Positions 39,288 to 49,353 of a stretch of 64,000 nucleotides of DNA are shown one piece after another. The position numbers and the translations under genes are program-made. Source of the DNA: a virus; IMG/VR virus record IMGVR_UViG_3300047472_000134, positions 1 through 64,000 of that record; one strand, 5' to 3'. The notes under the pieces were generated by a model. It did no database searches. It was not told the DNA's origin and saw only the letters and a list, made by a program, of their open reading frames with translations. Within the stretch, counting starts at the first letter, position 1; every line of letters starts with the position of its first letter.

Positions 39288-39485
39288 TTTTCGTGATCGC
39301 TCCAGGTACTGGCGAACTTGTCCCAAAACGGGACGTAACTCAGATGCGCCTCCCCCTTCGAACAGGGTGGGACGGCTGGGCGGTCAAGGATAAGTCAACC
39401 GGCCAGCTCCACAAATTCCGCACTTACAGACGGCTGAAAGCCTTCCTGAAAGAGCACGTTTAACACGACCAAATCTCGTCAATTC

Positions 39486-39511
39486 AACCCGCCCCTGAGG
39501 CGGGTTTTTTT
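39486..39511 (+). terminator. Rho-independent terminator
   Basis: aacccgcc/ggcgggtt stem followed by a T tract. Confidence 0.8.
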
Positions 39512-39528
39512 ATGTCGATAGGATCTCG

Positions 39529-40266
39529 ATGAACTTCAGCCTGACGAAAATCAGCAGAAATCAAAAGCTTGGCCCTATGCCGGCCGCAACCTCAGCTCGA
39601 TCAACCTGCCCGACCTCTTGCCCACTTAAAGGGGCAGGCGGCTGCTACGCCGAGCATGGCCCAATGGCCATATTCTGGGGCAAGGTTGATCGTGGTGAGG
39701 CTGGCACTAACTTTGACGTCTTTGTTAAGGAAGTCGAGCAGCTGCCACGTCGCCAAATGTGGCGCTACGGTCAGGCTGGAGACCTTCCTGGCGAAGGAGA
39801 TTTGATCGACCGCGAGCAGATGTTAAGACTCGCAAAAGCAAACCGTGGTAGACCTGTCATAGCTTTCACGCATAAGCCTATAACAGACGAAAACCTTGAG
39901 ACACTGCAGCTCGCCCAGAGGTTAGGTTTCAGTGTCAACTTGTCGGCGAATAACGTTGATCACGCCGATGAACTGGCTGTCCACGGACTGAATGTTGTGG
40001 TTGTTTTGCCTAGTGAGTACGAAAAGCTTTCATCGGAAACGATGACAGAGTATCGGGCTAGATTGAACCAATTACCGAAACGAACACCAGCAGGGCAGAG
40101 GATCGCTGTCTGCCCCGCTACTTACACGGAGACCACATGCCATCAGTGCGGCGTCTGCGCGAGTACCGAGAAGAGGTCAGCTGTCATCGGGTTTCCAGCA
40201 CACGGGACCAAGAAGCGACAGGTCTCGACTATGGCCCGAAGGTTAGAACCTGTGCCGGCTGGATAA
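39529..40266 (+). CDS. Cys-rich gp88-like protein (radical-SAM-like/Fe-S)
   Basis: S.N.KLG, CPTSC......CYA, R...GD and CP......TC..C..C motifs. Confidence 0.65.
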   Translation: MNFSLTKISRNQKLGPMPAATSARSTCPTSCPLKGAGGCYAEHGPMAIFWGKVDRGEAGTNFDVFVKEVEQLPRRQMWRYGQAGDLPGEGDLIDREQMLRLAKANRGRPVIAFTHKPITDENLETLQLAQRLGFSVNLSANNVDHADELAVHGLNVVVVLPSEYEKLSSETMTEYRARLNQLPKRTPAGQRIAVCPATYTETTCHQCGVCASTEKRSAVIGFPAHGTKKRQVSTMARRLEPVPAG

Positions 40267-40282
40267 GAAGGAGATTAGGGGA

Positions 40283-40513
40283 ATGTTACACATGAGTGTC
40301 TTCATTCAGCCAGAGGTGGCCGCGGCCATACTGGACGTCATAGATGAGCTCTCGTCCGAGATCGACCTCTATTACGAAGACGACAACCTCGCAGCTGCAA
40401 CACCCGCCTTCACCAAAATGGAGAAGCTGGTGAAGATGCTGGAGTCCGCCGGCTACACCGCACCGGACAGCTACCATCACATCATAGGCCGATATCGAAA
40501 GTTTGTGAACTAG
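40283..40513 (+). CDS. Hypothetical protein
   Basis: 76-aa ORF with RBS. Confidence 0.55.
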   Translation: MLHMSVFIQPEVAAAILDVIDELSSEIDLYYEDDNLAAATPAFTKMEKLVKMLESAGYTAPDSYHHIIGRYRKFVN

Positions 40514-40814
40514 GAATTTATTCCTTGCTCGCTGCCCGCCTCCCATGTAGAACAAATCGTGTCCAACAGACAGGGGGTGGAAAAAATGTCGTCTAAGAAA
40601 AACCCACTATTGCATGATTTTCAAATCGCCGTTATAGAGCCGTTCGCCCCCAAGGTTACGAAATGTTAATCACTTCGGGACCGCTCATATCGGACTTCGT
40701 GATCGCTGCAATGACTAAAAACATCGAAGAATATCAACGTCGTAGCGTCGAACGTCTTGACCGACTTTTGTCGGAGGAGGCAAAGGGCATCTAAGAGCCC
40801 CCATTAGTTGGCCC

Positions 40815-41264
40815 TTGGCTAACGGCATTGATGAATGTGCTCGCTCTGCGGGTGATCAGGCCGTGAAGAAGGGAAAACGATTGGATTATAAACAACTCGA
40901 GCGACTGAACCTGGCGGTGGCACGGTTCCGGGAATTGTACCCGGACGCCCCATTACTCACGTTCCAAGTCTTTCTCGATGTCGCGTTACATCCAGGGACA
41001 TCGTCCGTGGATTTGATACGCAGAACAGGCGCGTCTCAATCCGCCATCAGTAGACATTTGGTCTTGCTTTCGACCTGGACTTGGCAGGGCACACGGCCGA
41101 GTCTTGAACTAATCGAAATGCGACCGAACACATCCGCGAGGAAGGTTCCTTTTCTGACGCAGAAAGGGGTCGGCTTGGCGTGTGCTTTGATGAAGACAGT
41201 AGAGCCTGAACTGACGATAACAGCAGCCGATTTCGCAACCCACTTAGCGAAGGCCGACCACTGA
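40815..41264 (+). CDS. MarR-like winged-helix regulator
   Basis: VFL.VA..PG....DL...TG.SQSAISRHL..L ... R....LT.KG; start uncertain. Confidence 0.8.
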   Translation: MANGIDECARSAGDQAVKKGKRLDYKQLERLNLAVARFRELYPDAPLLTFQVFLDVALHPGTSSVDLIRRTGASQSAISRHLVLLSTWTWQGTRPSLELIEMRPNTSARKVPFLTQKGVGLACALMKTVEPELTITAADFATHLAKADH

Positions 41265-41389
41265 GGAGGAGTTGAATGAAGCATTGATACCAATGAATTC
41301 AGACTGAGTTGAATCAGTCGAGGGGTGAAAAATCAATCATTCGTCGCCATCTCCAGGGTCAGGAACCGGATGGCTTACAAGGAACGTTT

Positions 41390-41827
41390 ATGACGACCAA
41401 TACCGCATGGCATGCCGCCGCCCTCTATGATATCGAGAACACCAGCCTAACGGTGGCCGAGATCGCAACGAAATATGGGCGGTCCAGCAGTACGATCGAT
41501 AAGCTCATCTTCACGAGCGGTGTCGTTCGCAAGTACCCAAATACCCGCCGCGGTCCAAAGCGCCGAGAGAATGGTCTCCCGCTCTCGCGTGAACACGTAG
41601 CGCTTGGCATTCGCCTTGGCATGGCTCGAGGGGTCGAGAAGCCACAGGTGTATGCTGATCGTCTAGGTGTCAGCCCGATCGTCTTGGCCAACATGGAAGC
41701 TGGCCTCCACGATTTTCAACTCAGCCAGATCCTCAAGATCTCGGCAATGATCGGCCAGCCGATTGGCGAGCTGATCCAATCCTTCGACAAGAACCTGTAT
41801 CAAGGGAGAACGAATGCCCGTAATTAA
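41390..41827 (+). CDS. Two-HTH regulator (C-terminal XRE-like)
   Basis: LTVAEIATKYGRS.STI and YADRLGVS...LANME.G.HDF.L..I.KI motifs. Confidence 0.75.
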   Translation: MTTNTAWHAAALYDIENTSLTVAEIATKYGRSSSTIDKLIFTSGVVRKYPNTRRGPKRRENGLPLSREHVALGIRLGMARGVEKPQVYADRLGVSPIVLANMEAGLHDFQLSQILKISAMIGQPIGELIQSFDKNLYQGRTNARN

Positions 41828-42029
41828 AAGTCACGAGGAATACTTCCAGATTGTGCGGGAGTTCAATTTAGCTCCCCAGTGGCGCCAGGAACTCCTGATC
41901 ACGGGGTTTCTGCTGACTAAGTGCAAAGACATGCAGCCGATGAATGTTCGGCTTCGACTTCAGCGATTTTGGGACAGACAGGCACATCGACTCGGCGTGA
42001 GCGTCGGGGAGTTGAAGACCTGGAGCTGA
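41814..42029 (+). CDS. Hypothetical protein
   Basis: Coupled ORF with RBS. Confidence 0.5.
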   Translation: MPVIKSHEEYFQIVREFNLAPQWRQELLITGFLLTKCKDMQPMNVRLRLQRFWDRQAHRLGVSVGELKTWS

Positions 42030-42230
42030 GCTCCCATATCTACCACTATGCAAACGAAAACACAATTTATACAACGCCGCGACGAGCTTCTAGCAGAGGC
42101 GAACCGCGACGGCGTTTGGGATTCCAAACGCTATGATGAGATCCAGGATCTCATGAAGAGGATCGACTTAGTCCCTGACGACCCGATCCCAGATCAGCAA
42201 GAGTTGGACCTCCCAGAGGTCAAGCCAAAG

Positions 42231-42266
42231 AAGGCCCGATAGAAGTTCTATCGGGCCTTTTCTTTT
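42231..42266 (+). terminator. Rho-independent terminator
   Basis: aaggcccgataga/tctatcgggcctt stem followed by a T tract. Confidence 0.8.
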
Positions 42267-42381
42267 GCCCAGCGGACGGTGGCACATAACATCCGCAACT
42301 AGGGTCGGGGTTTCGGACCTTTCTCCTGATGACCTGGTCGTCTAGCTCGGACGTGAAACGAGCTTTCTCTCTCTAAAGGAT

Positions 42382-42705
42382 ATGAAAATGAGAATACTCT
42401 TTGAGGTTCTCGAGCGCGATCGCTTTGAGATCTACGATCCTTGCATCCCCGCAGCAGCCGAAACGGCGAAGATCATTGCCGAGAGTGCGACATATGACAC
42501 TCTGCGGATCCTGAAATTCTGCCCTGCCACACTGGCGATCATAGATATGACCGCCGAGATGTACGAGGAGTACCGTGGCGACCACAGTGAGGACGCGCCA
42601 CTGTGGGTTAAGTTGCAGTCCGATTTTGATATCCGGGCTGCAGAAGAGGCCAAAGACGCACGCGACTGGCAGCGTCATGTGAAGAGCCTTAGTCGTGCAG
42701 CTTAG
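42382..42705 (+). CDS. Hypothetical protein
   Basis: RBS AAAGGA. Confidence 0.6.
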   Translation: MKMRILFEVLERDRFEIYDPCIPAAAETAKIIAESATYDTLRILKFCPATLAIIDMTAEMYEEYRGDHSEDAPLWVKLQSDFDIRAAEEAKDARDWQRHVKSLSRAA

Positions 42706-43018
42706 CGGCCTTGGACTTCAACTCGGAGACGGGCATCGTCCGACCTTTCGAGAGGTTGCCCCTCTTTTTGATGAACCGGCGAGGGTTCAATTTTCCCTCT
42801 TCGTCGGTGAGCGCATCAGCCAATCTAGTTGGCAAGAACCCAAGCGTGTTCAGTTTAAAAACGTCTTCGACAAGCCGATCGAAGATCTCAAGCGCTTCAT
42901 TCCGTTCTATCACAATCTGCTCCTGAATAGCGGCCTGCTCGAGCTCAGCTCTCTGCTGCTGAAGCACTGCGATCTTCTGATCGAGATCTACCAGCTTAGA
43001 CAAACTGTCTGGCTTCAT
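42689..43018 (-). CDS. Coiled-coil small protein with basic C-terminus
   Basis: Heptad N-terminus; RBS AGGAG on the minus strand. Confidence 0.6.
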   Translation of the reverse strand: MKPDSLSKLVDLDQKIAVLQQQRAELEQAAIQEQIVIERNEALEIFDRLVEDVFKLNTLGFLPTRLADALTDEEGKLNPRRFIKKRGNLSKGRTMPVSELKSKAAKLHD

Positions 43019-43019
43019 T

Positions 43020-44462
43020 ATGGAAACTCCTATGACTGATGCAACTTTACGAACCGACCAGGTGGCCGATCTTGCGTTTTACATGGCAAACCCAAAGTGC
43101 CTAAATTTATCGCACGCCGGGACTGGAAAAACACCGTCAGTCTGCGTCATGCAATACTTCATGTGGACGCAGAATGGTGTTGGGACTGTATGGGCACAAC
43201 CTAAATCCCTACTCAAGAAAAACAAGCGTGAACTGCTGCGTTTTACCGACTTTACTGACGCCGATGTGGCAATTGTAGACGGCACTCCGAAGCAGGTTGA
43301 GAAGGCCCTCAACTCAGGCGCGAAGGTTTTTCTAATGGGCTTCCGCCGGCTTACTCTCTGCTGGCGGCAGCTACCTAGCTATGTGAAAGCCGTCCACGTC
43401 GACGAATTTCACATGGGCTACAAGAGCGCAGACTCCCAGAACTCACTGGCGCTCTTCAAAATGTTTGACAGCGGGCGGATGACGCACTTCATCCCAATGA
43501 CCGGAACACTTATCGACGGCAAACTGACGTCAGCTTATCCGGCCATTCGCGTCGTCGAACCGCGATACTATATGTCCCATGAGAACTTTCTACTATACCA
43601 TGGGATTAAAGACTTAGACGGAAAGGTGGTCGCTTGGAAGAACCACGAGAAGCTGTCCAAGATCTTCGGCCGACACGCAATCCTTCGAACCTTTGCCAGT
43701 GTCCATGGTGAACAGGAGGTCGTCCATATTCCAGAGATGGTGGATATGGAGGACAAGCAGAGGTTTTACTACGACAAATTTCACGACGACGCTGTACTGG
43801 AACTCGAGAACTTCTACCTGGACGGGACACTGCCAGGCGTAGCGTTTACCCGAGCCCGCCAGCTCATGGAACACCCGATCGAGTTCCCAGACCTGGCCAA
43901 CCCTGGCCAGTTCATCGACATCCTGAAGGGCGAACCGACTGGCAAGGAAGAGCGGCTCAAGGTTCACTTCGAAGAGCACTATCTCAACGAGAAGCCGCTC
44001 ATCATCTTCACGCCTCTGATTCCGCAGCAGAACCGCGTAGCAAAGCTGCTTGAGCAAGCTGGCATCAGCTACGTGGTCATCAACGGCTCGATCACTCAGA
44101 AACAGCGTGACGCCAACAGCGATGCCTTCGAAGAGGGCAGGGTGCAGGCGGTCCTCGGAACGCCGATGACAGCGTCGTTCGGCTACAACTGGCAATTCAG
44201 CGGGAAGAAGGAGGTGGAGCACATGATCTTCACCTCGCTCGACTTCAGCGATGCCACTTTCGTCCAGGCTCGACAGCGAGCCATTCGTGGCAAGCGGTCC
44301 TCGCCGCTGCGGCTCACGACGCTGGAGTACATCAGCTCTCTCGACCAGCACATCTGCAGCATCATCTACCGGAAGAGCAAGGATGCCAACAAGGTCGATC
44401 CTTCTCGACCTGTTCTCCAACTGTCTGGCTTCGAAGAGAAGAAAGAAAAACTCGCTGCTTGA
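43020..44462 (+). CDS. SNF2-like superfamily 2 helicase
   Basis: GTGKT, DEFH, MTGT and QARQRAIR motifs; start may be ATG 43032. Confidence 0.88.
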   Translation: METPMTDATLRTDQVADLAFYMANPKCLNLSHAGTGKTPSVCVMQYFMWTQNGVGTVWAQPKSLLKKNKRELLRFTDFTDADVAIVDGTPKQVEKALNSGAKVFLMGFRRLTLCWRQLPSYVKAVHVDEFHMGYKSADSQNSLALFKMFDSGRMTHFIPMTGTLIDGKLTSAYPAIRVVEPRYYMSHENFLLYHGIKDLDGKVVAWKNHEKLSKIFGRHAILRTFASVHGEQEVVHIPEMVDMEDKQRFYYDKFHDDAVLELENFYLDGTLPGVAFTRARQLMEHPIEFPDLANPGQFIDILKGEPTGKEERLKVHFEEHYLNEKPLIIFTPLIPQQNRVAKLLEQAGISYVVINGSITQKQRDANSDAFEEGRVQAVLGTPMTASFGYNWQFSGKKEVEHMIFTSLDFSDATFVQARQRAIRGKRSSPLRLTTLEYISSLDQHICSIIYRKSKDANKVDPSRPVLQLSGFEEKKEKLAA

Positions 44463-44479
44463 GTATTACTTACTCTCGC
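44461..44479. promoter_or_regulatory. GAGTA-N5-TACTC(TCGC) palindromic site
   Basis: GAGTAttactTACTCtcgc; core identical to the origin-like copy at 20959. Confidence 0.7.
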
Positions 44480-44581
44480 ACGAGAGGGCTAAAATTCCGG
44501 ACTTAGACATGCCAAATAACCATCACCCACTGCGGTGGTGTGAGTGAAACTTAGACAGAAACAGAGACAGGAACTTAAAGA

Positions 44582-45292
44582 ATGAGCAATCAGTCAATCG
44601 CAGAAGCAATGGCAGCAGCACAGGCAGCAGCAGCGAACTACACCCCGCCGGCCAACGTTCCGGCCCAGGCGTCTGGTTCGACGGCTGTTGGCGCACCGGT
44701 CGCATCCGGCGCTCCTCTCGGCCTGGATGACATGCTGGGTGGCGGCGTATCCGTCGACGGCTGGATCAAGCTGACCGCGGACGGCATCAAGGTTGGTGAC
44801 AAGACCAAGCCCCTCGACACCATCGTCGTCTACCTCGACATGGCCTCGATCGCGTACAACTTCTCGATCAAGTACAATCTGAATGGCCAGGCCATTTACC
44901 ACAAGACGTACGATCGCGTGACGGACGCACAGGGTGGCCCGTGGATCTCCACGATCCAGAAGTCACAGTCTATCGACCCGAAGGCCTACGAGTACCGCTC
45001 CGCTGAGATCCCGCTCGTCGTTGCAGAAGCGATCCCGTCCAAGACGGCTGGCGAGAATGCCGCCGAACCGGGTGACAAGCTGGGCCTCGCGCTGTCCACC
45101 ACGGGCTGGGCGAAGTTCCAGGACTTCATCCGCAACCTCGGTCGCCAGCAGATCGATGCCAAGATCGGCGTCGTGAAGTTCACCCTCGGCTACGAGACAA
45201 AGAAGAAGGCTGGCGTGAACGACTGGGGCGTGCCGACCTTCCTCAATATCGAGGAAGTCGACGTGATCCCGGAACTGGGAACGGTTCACTAA
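44582..45292 (+). CDS. Putative ssDNA-binding/replication accessory protein
   Basis: Between helicase and exonuclease, strongly biased codons, low-complexity N-terminus; positional inference. Confidence 0.5.
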   Translation: MSNQSIAEAMAAAQAAAANYTPPANVPAQASGSTAVGAPVASGAPLGLDDMLGGGVSVDGWIKLTADGIKVGDKTKPLDTIVVYLDMASIAYNFSIKYNLNGQAIYHKTYDRVTDAQGGPWISTIQKSQSIDPKAYEYRSAEIPLVVAEAIPSKTAGENAAEPGDKLGLALSTTGWAKFQDFIRNLGRQQIDAKIGVVKFTLGYETKKKAGVNDWGVPTFLNIEEVDVIPELGTVH

Positions 45293-45306
45293 GGACCAAT
45301 CCAGAG

Positions 45307-45333
45307 AGGGCGGCGAGAGCCGCCCTTTTCTTT
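45307..45333 (+). terminator. Rho-independent terminator
   Basis: agggcggc-GAGA-gccgccct followed by a T tract. Confidence 0.8.
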
Positions 45334-45347
45334 GAGGAGATTTCCCA

Positions 45348-46088
45348 ATGCTGACCATCATTGATGGCAACAACTTCTTCCGCCGGCTGATCGAATTCGA
45401 CGGCAAAGACGCCCGCTCGGTCCTGAACGATTTCCTCACCCCCCGCAAAGAGACGATCGTCGTCTGGGATGGTGCCAAGGGGTCGCAGCGCCGACGAGCT
45501 GTCTACCCTCAATACAAGACGAACCGAGGGCCGCTCGACAAGGACATCAGCGTCCAGTTCAACATGATCGTCGCGATCCTCGCCTACTGCGACGTCATCC
45601 AGATCTTCCATCCGGAATACGAGGGTGACGATGTCGTAGCCATGCTGGCCCGAGACTACGCCAGCAAGGGACGCGAGGTTTACATCGACAGCACCGACCA
45701 GGACTTCCTGCAGATCGTCGGGGAGTATCCAAAGCTGGTCACAGCACGGGCCAACCCGAAGGTCGAGCCTCGGCTCACGAAGCTCTACAAAATCTGGATC
45801 GGTGACCAGTCGGACAAGATCTCAGGCATCCCTGGCTTTGGCCAGAAGACCTGGGACGAAACCGATATCTCGGAGCTTGAGCGGATGACCCGCAAGGCGA
45901 TCGAGACTGGCGAGATTGATGACATCGGCCTGCCAGGCCGCTGCAAACCCACTGCGGAGCTGCTCCGTACCCTCGACGAAATCATCTCGTTCTACCCCGT
46001 CCCGTTGGACGAGGTCATGCAGAACGTCGTGATCGGCAAGCCTGATTACCAGCGGGCCGACGCGTACCTGAAGGAATTCCTCCTGTGA
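45348..46088 (+). CDS. 5'-3' exonuclease (FEN/RNase H-like)
   Basis: IIDGNN, VVWDG, RR..YP.YK.NR, EGDD, S.DQD and GD.SD.I.GIPG.G.KT motifs. Confidence 0.92.
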   Translation: MLTIIDGNNFFRRLIEFDGKDARSVLNDFLTPRKETIVVWDGAKGSQRRRAVYPQYKTNRGPLDKDISVQFNMIVAILAYCDVIQIFHPEYEGDDVVAMLARDYASKGREVYIDSTDQDFLQIVGEYPKLVTARANPKVEPRLTKLYKIWIGDQSDKISGIPGFGQKTWDETDISELERMTRKAIETGEIDDIGLPGRCKPTAELLRTLDEIISFYPVPLDEVMQNVVIGKPDYQRADAYLKEFLL

Positions 46089-48832
46089 GCGAACTGCCTA
46101 TCAAAACCATTCTGATCGATGCCACCAACTTCGATCAGCACGCCTTCACTGTGATGCAGGCGATCAAGAACACGTCGTTCATTGGCATCGACGTGGAAAC
46201 ACAAGACAGCAACCGCCACGCCGGCCTGACGGCCCTGTGTGGCTACAAGGAGGACGGCACGAAGTCGAAGACAGCCAAGCTGGTCTTCGACATGAAGCGC
46301 ACGGTCATGACTGGCTTCTCGCTTTACCCCGAGGGCCATGACGCTGCCTACTACATCAACCTGAACCACGCCGACGTCGAGAACAGGCTCCCCTGGGAGC
46401 AGGCTCGCAAGCTGATCGACGTCAAGCCAGCTGGCTCGCACTGGATCGCTCACAACGCGCCCTACGAGTTGACCAGCTACAAGAACTGCTACGATCTGAC
46501 GCTCTCGGAAATCATCTGCACGATGCAGATGGCAGTCTCGGCCTTCGGCCCCGACGAATACGATCTCAGCAAGTTCATGGCAGCGGGGCAGGGTGGTATC
46601 GCCGCCCTCAAGAACCAGCTTCTGCAGGAATGCATGAAGTGGGATCCGAGCAAGAAGGGCATGCCCCCGGCGCTCGAGGAAGTCGTCGGCAAGATCATCG
46701 CCAAGGAGAGCAAGGCCGAGCATTCTTACATCGGCTTCGTCAAGAACGTCGCCTATGGCTACGGTCTGAAGGGCTTGGTGAAGAACTTCTTCGACTACCA
46801 GATGACCACCTTCGACCAGGTGCTGAACGGCAAGGCTCACATGGGCCAGCTGACCGGCGCCGAGACGGCCTCATATGGTGCGGAGGACGCCTACTGGGCG
46901 GTTCGCCTGTTCCGCCACCTGATGGATTACATGGCCAAGACCAACCCGGCCGTGATGGGCACGTTTTTCGATCAGGAAAACCCAATGATCCATGTGTTCT
47001 CGAACATCTGGGACGAGGGCATGAAGGTCAACACTGAAGCAGTCTTCGACCGTCGTGACAACGAGCGGGTGAACATGGCTCAGATCCTGCTTCGGCTGAA
47101 GGCCGAGGTGAAGAAGAAGCTGCCATTCAACGACGAACCACACGCCGGCCTGATGAAGGGAGAGAAGTGGTACCAGACCGGCTACAAGAAGTACCGAGCC
47201 CAGATCGAGCAGTGGGCAAACAGCGCCGACTGGGTCGAGAAGACCGAGGCTGACGAGGAGACTGGCGACTTCCCGCCACAGTCTGACGCTGCCACGTTCG
47301 CCCAGTGCCACCAGGCACGCGGTCCTGTGTCCAACGCTTGGTCAATCGAGACGGACAAGGCTGAACCAACTGGTCCCAACCTGTCGCACTACATGCCGAT
47401 CCGCGTGATCATGTACGATCTACTCGGTGAGGAACTGATCCGGTCGCAGGGCAAGGTTCAGAGCGACGGCGAGGCCCGCGGCAAGATGCTGGATCGGCTC
47501 GAGGACGACGTCTCTAAGGCGATCATCCAGGGGCTGAACGAGATCTCAGGCGTCGAGCAGCGCATGAAGCTCTACCTCACGCCGTACACCCAGCTGATGG
47601 ACCCGGAAACGGGATGCCTCTACCCGCTGGTGTCGTCGATGCTCGCCACCCGCCGCATGGGTGCCTCGGTTCCGAATCCGATGCAGCTCGCCAAGCGTGG
47701 TGCCTCGACTTACGTCCGTGGCTTCTTCGAAGCCGACCATGATGACCATGTCATCGTGTCTTGCGACTGGTCGGGCGTCGAGCTCGTCGAGATCGGTGAA
47801 TTCTCAGGCGACCCGGAGTTCATCAAGGCGTTTGGCCAGATCCCGCATGAGGATCTGCATGGGGGTGCTGCTGCTGACATTCTGTCCGTAGACGTGCCTG
47901 GCCTGACGGAAAAGGCCTTCAAGGCTCTGAAGGACTTCAAGACGGCCGACGACTACCGTGACCACTTCGGGCAGGAGATGACGAACTACAATCGTCTCTT
48001 CACCAACCTGAAGGGCCAGGAGCTGAAGGTCGGTGACGCCTACAAATACTGGCGTACCGAAGTCGGGAAGGGTGCCAACTTCAACTATTGGTACTCGGGC
48101 TTCCTGGGCACGATCGGTGACCGCATGGGCTGGCACGTCGACAAGACGGGTGATGCTACGAAGCGGTACCGTGAACGCTTCTCGGTAGCCGAGCAGTGGC
48201 GCGTCAATCTGATCGAGCAGGGCAAGCGTCTCGGCTATGTCGAGTTGCCTGATCATCACCGTCGCGTCCGCTTCGAAGCCACGCCCATGTGGGCCGAATA
48301 CTTCGGCTCCAAGTTCAAGCTGCCCACCGATGGCGCTGATGAGCTGGTCCACCGCTACAACGCGGTCTGGGACTATATCATCCGCAAGATCCAGGGCCGT
48401 GCGAACAACCAGCTGGTCAACGCCTTCATTCAAGGCAGCTGCGCCACGCTGGCCAAGCGGTCGATCATCAAGATCAATCGCCTTGCCCGCGAGCGTGGTT
48501 GGACCAGCCGTGAGTTCCGCTTCATGATGCCGATCCACGACGAACTTCTGTTCTCGGTCCATCGGTCCATCGTCGTCGAAGCGATCAAGCTCATTCGCGA
48601 CACCATGATCGACCATCCGGACATGTTCAAGCTCACGAAGCTCGATGCATCTCCATCGGTCGGCCTCACCTTCGAACCCTACAGCGCCAAGAAGGGCGTG
48701 CTCCTCGGACAGGTCGAACTGTTCGAGCTGCCTGAAGCTGTGGGGGTTGGCAACGTAAACGGACGCGCCACGGACGATCAGACCCGTGGTGTTGTCGACT
48801 ACCTCTTCGAACAACGGAAGCTTGCAGCATGA
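46085..48832 (+). CDS. Family A DNA polymerase with 3'-5' exonuclease
   Basis: DVET exo I, HNA.YE exo II, Y..EDA exo III; DWSGVEL motif A, K.ANF..WY motif B, HDE motif C. Confidence 0.95.
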   Translation: MSELPIKTILIDATNFDQHAFTVMQAIKNTSFIGIDVETQDSNRHAGLTALCGYKEDGTKSKTAKLVFDMKRTVMTGFSLYPEGHDAAYYINLNHADVENRLPWEQARKLIDVKPAGSHWIAHNAPYELTSYKNCYDLTLSEIICTMQMAVSAFGPDEYDLSKFMAAGQGGIAALKNQLLQECMKWDPSKKGMPPALEEVVGKIIAKESKAEHSYIGFVKNVAYGYGLKGLVKNFFDYQMTTFDQVLNGKAHMGQLTGAETASYGAEDAYWAVRLFRHLMDYMAKTNPAVMGTFFDQENPMIHVFSNIWDEGMKVNTEAVFDRRDNERVNMAQILLRLKAEVKKKLPFNDEPHAGLMKGEKWYQTGYKKYRAQIEQWANSADWVEKTEADEETGDFPPQSDAATFAQCHQARGPVSNAWSIETDKAEPTGPNLSHYMPIRVIMYDLLGEELIRSQGKVQSDGEARGKMLDRLEDDVSKAIIQGLNEISGVEQRMKLYLTPYTQLMDPETGCLYPLVSSMLATRRMGASVPNPMQLAKRGASTYVRGFFEADHDDHVIVSCDWSGVELVEIGEFSGDPEFIKAFGQIPHEDLHGGAAADILSVDVPGLTEKAFKALKDFKTADDYRDHFGQEMTNYNRLFTNLKGQELKVGDAYKYWRTEVGKGANFNYWYSGFLGTIGDRMGWHVDKTGDATKRYRERFSVAEQWRVNLIEQGKRLGYVELPDHHRRVRFEATPMWAEYFGSKFKLPTDGADELVHRYNAVWDYIIRKIQGRANNQLVNAFIQGSCATLAKRSIIKINRLARERGWTSREFRFMMPIHDELLFSVHRSIVVEAIKLIRDTMIDHPDMFKLTKLDASPSVGLTFEPYSAKKGVLLGQVELFELPEAVGVGNVNGRATDDQTRGVVDYLFEQRKLAA

Positions 48833-49353
48833 CGAACTTTGCACTGATGACAGACCGAGGTCTTATTGGCCTCGCTTTCCACACTGGACCTCGCGACCGC
48901 ACTGAGATCCAGACGCTCTACCTCGGCACCAGCTCCTGCCACCAGTGGCAGAAGCTCGACGACTTCAACGTCGTCTTTATCACGGCCGACAAGGCTTACG
49001 CGTTGGACTACGCCGGCCTTGAGAGCGTGATCATCTACCTGGCCGAGTATGATCTGGAGAGCCACCTGCGGCAGTATCTGATCCGGCTCCAGGGTGCGAT
49101 CAAGATCAAGCCGAAGCCGGAACCCGAGGTCGCAGCGGCCAAGCCACTGCCCACTGAGATGCTTGCTCCAGCGGCTCCGGTCGAAGACCGCAAGCGGTGG
49201 TCGGCTCGGGTCCGGACCAAGATGTGGAGCGGATACCTGGATGAGAAGGAGTACCTGATCGAAGAGGTCTCTGAGCTGCAGGACATCATCGAGAAGGGGG
49301 CGTCCTTCCCCGACATCCGGAACATCAAGATCAAGCTGGAGTACCGCCTCTGA
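48829..49353 (+). CDS. Hypothetical protein
   Basis: ATGA-coupled to the polymerase gene. Confidence 0.65.
   Translation: MTNFALMTDRGLIGLAFHTGPRDRTEIQTLYLGTSSCHQWQKLDDFNVVFITADKAYALDYAGLESVIIYLAEYDLESHLRQYLIRLQGAIKIKPKPEPEVAAAKPLPTEMLAPAAPVEDRKRWSARVRTKMWSGYLDEKEYLIEEVSELQDIIEKGASFPDIRNIKIKLEYRL

Noticed and set aside
42324-42365. CTGATGA...GAAAC, resembling a hammerhead ribozyme core
   Set aside because: Stem II does not close next to the core, no convincing stems I/III or cleavage triplet were found, and an alternative AGCTCG/CGAGCT hairpin explains the sequence
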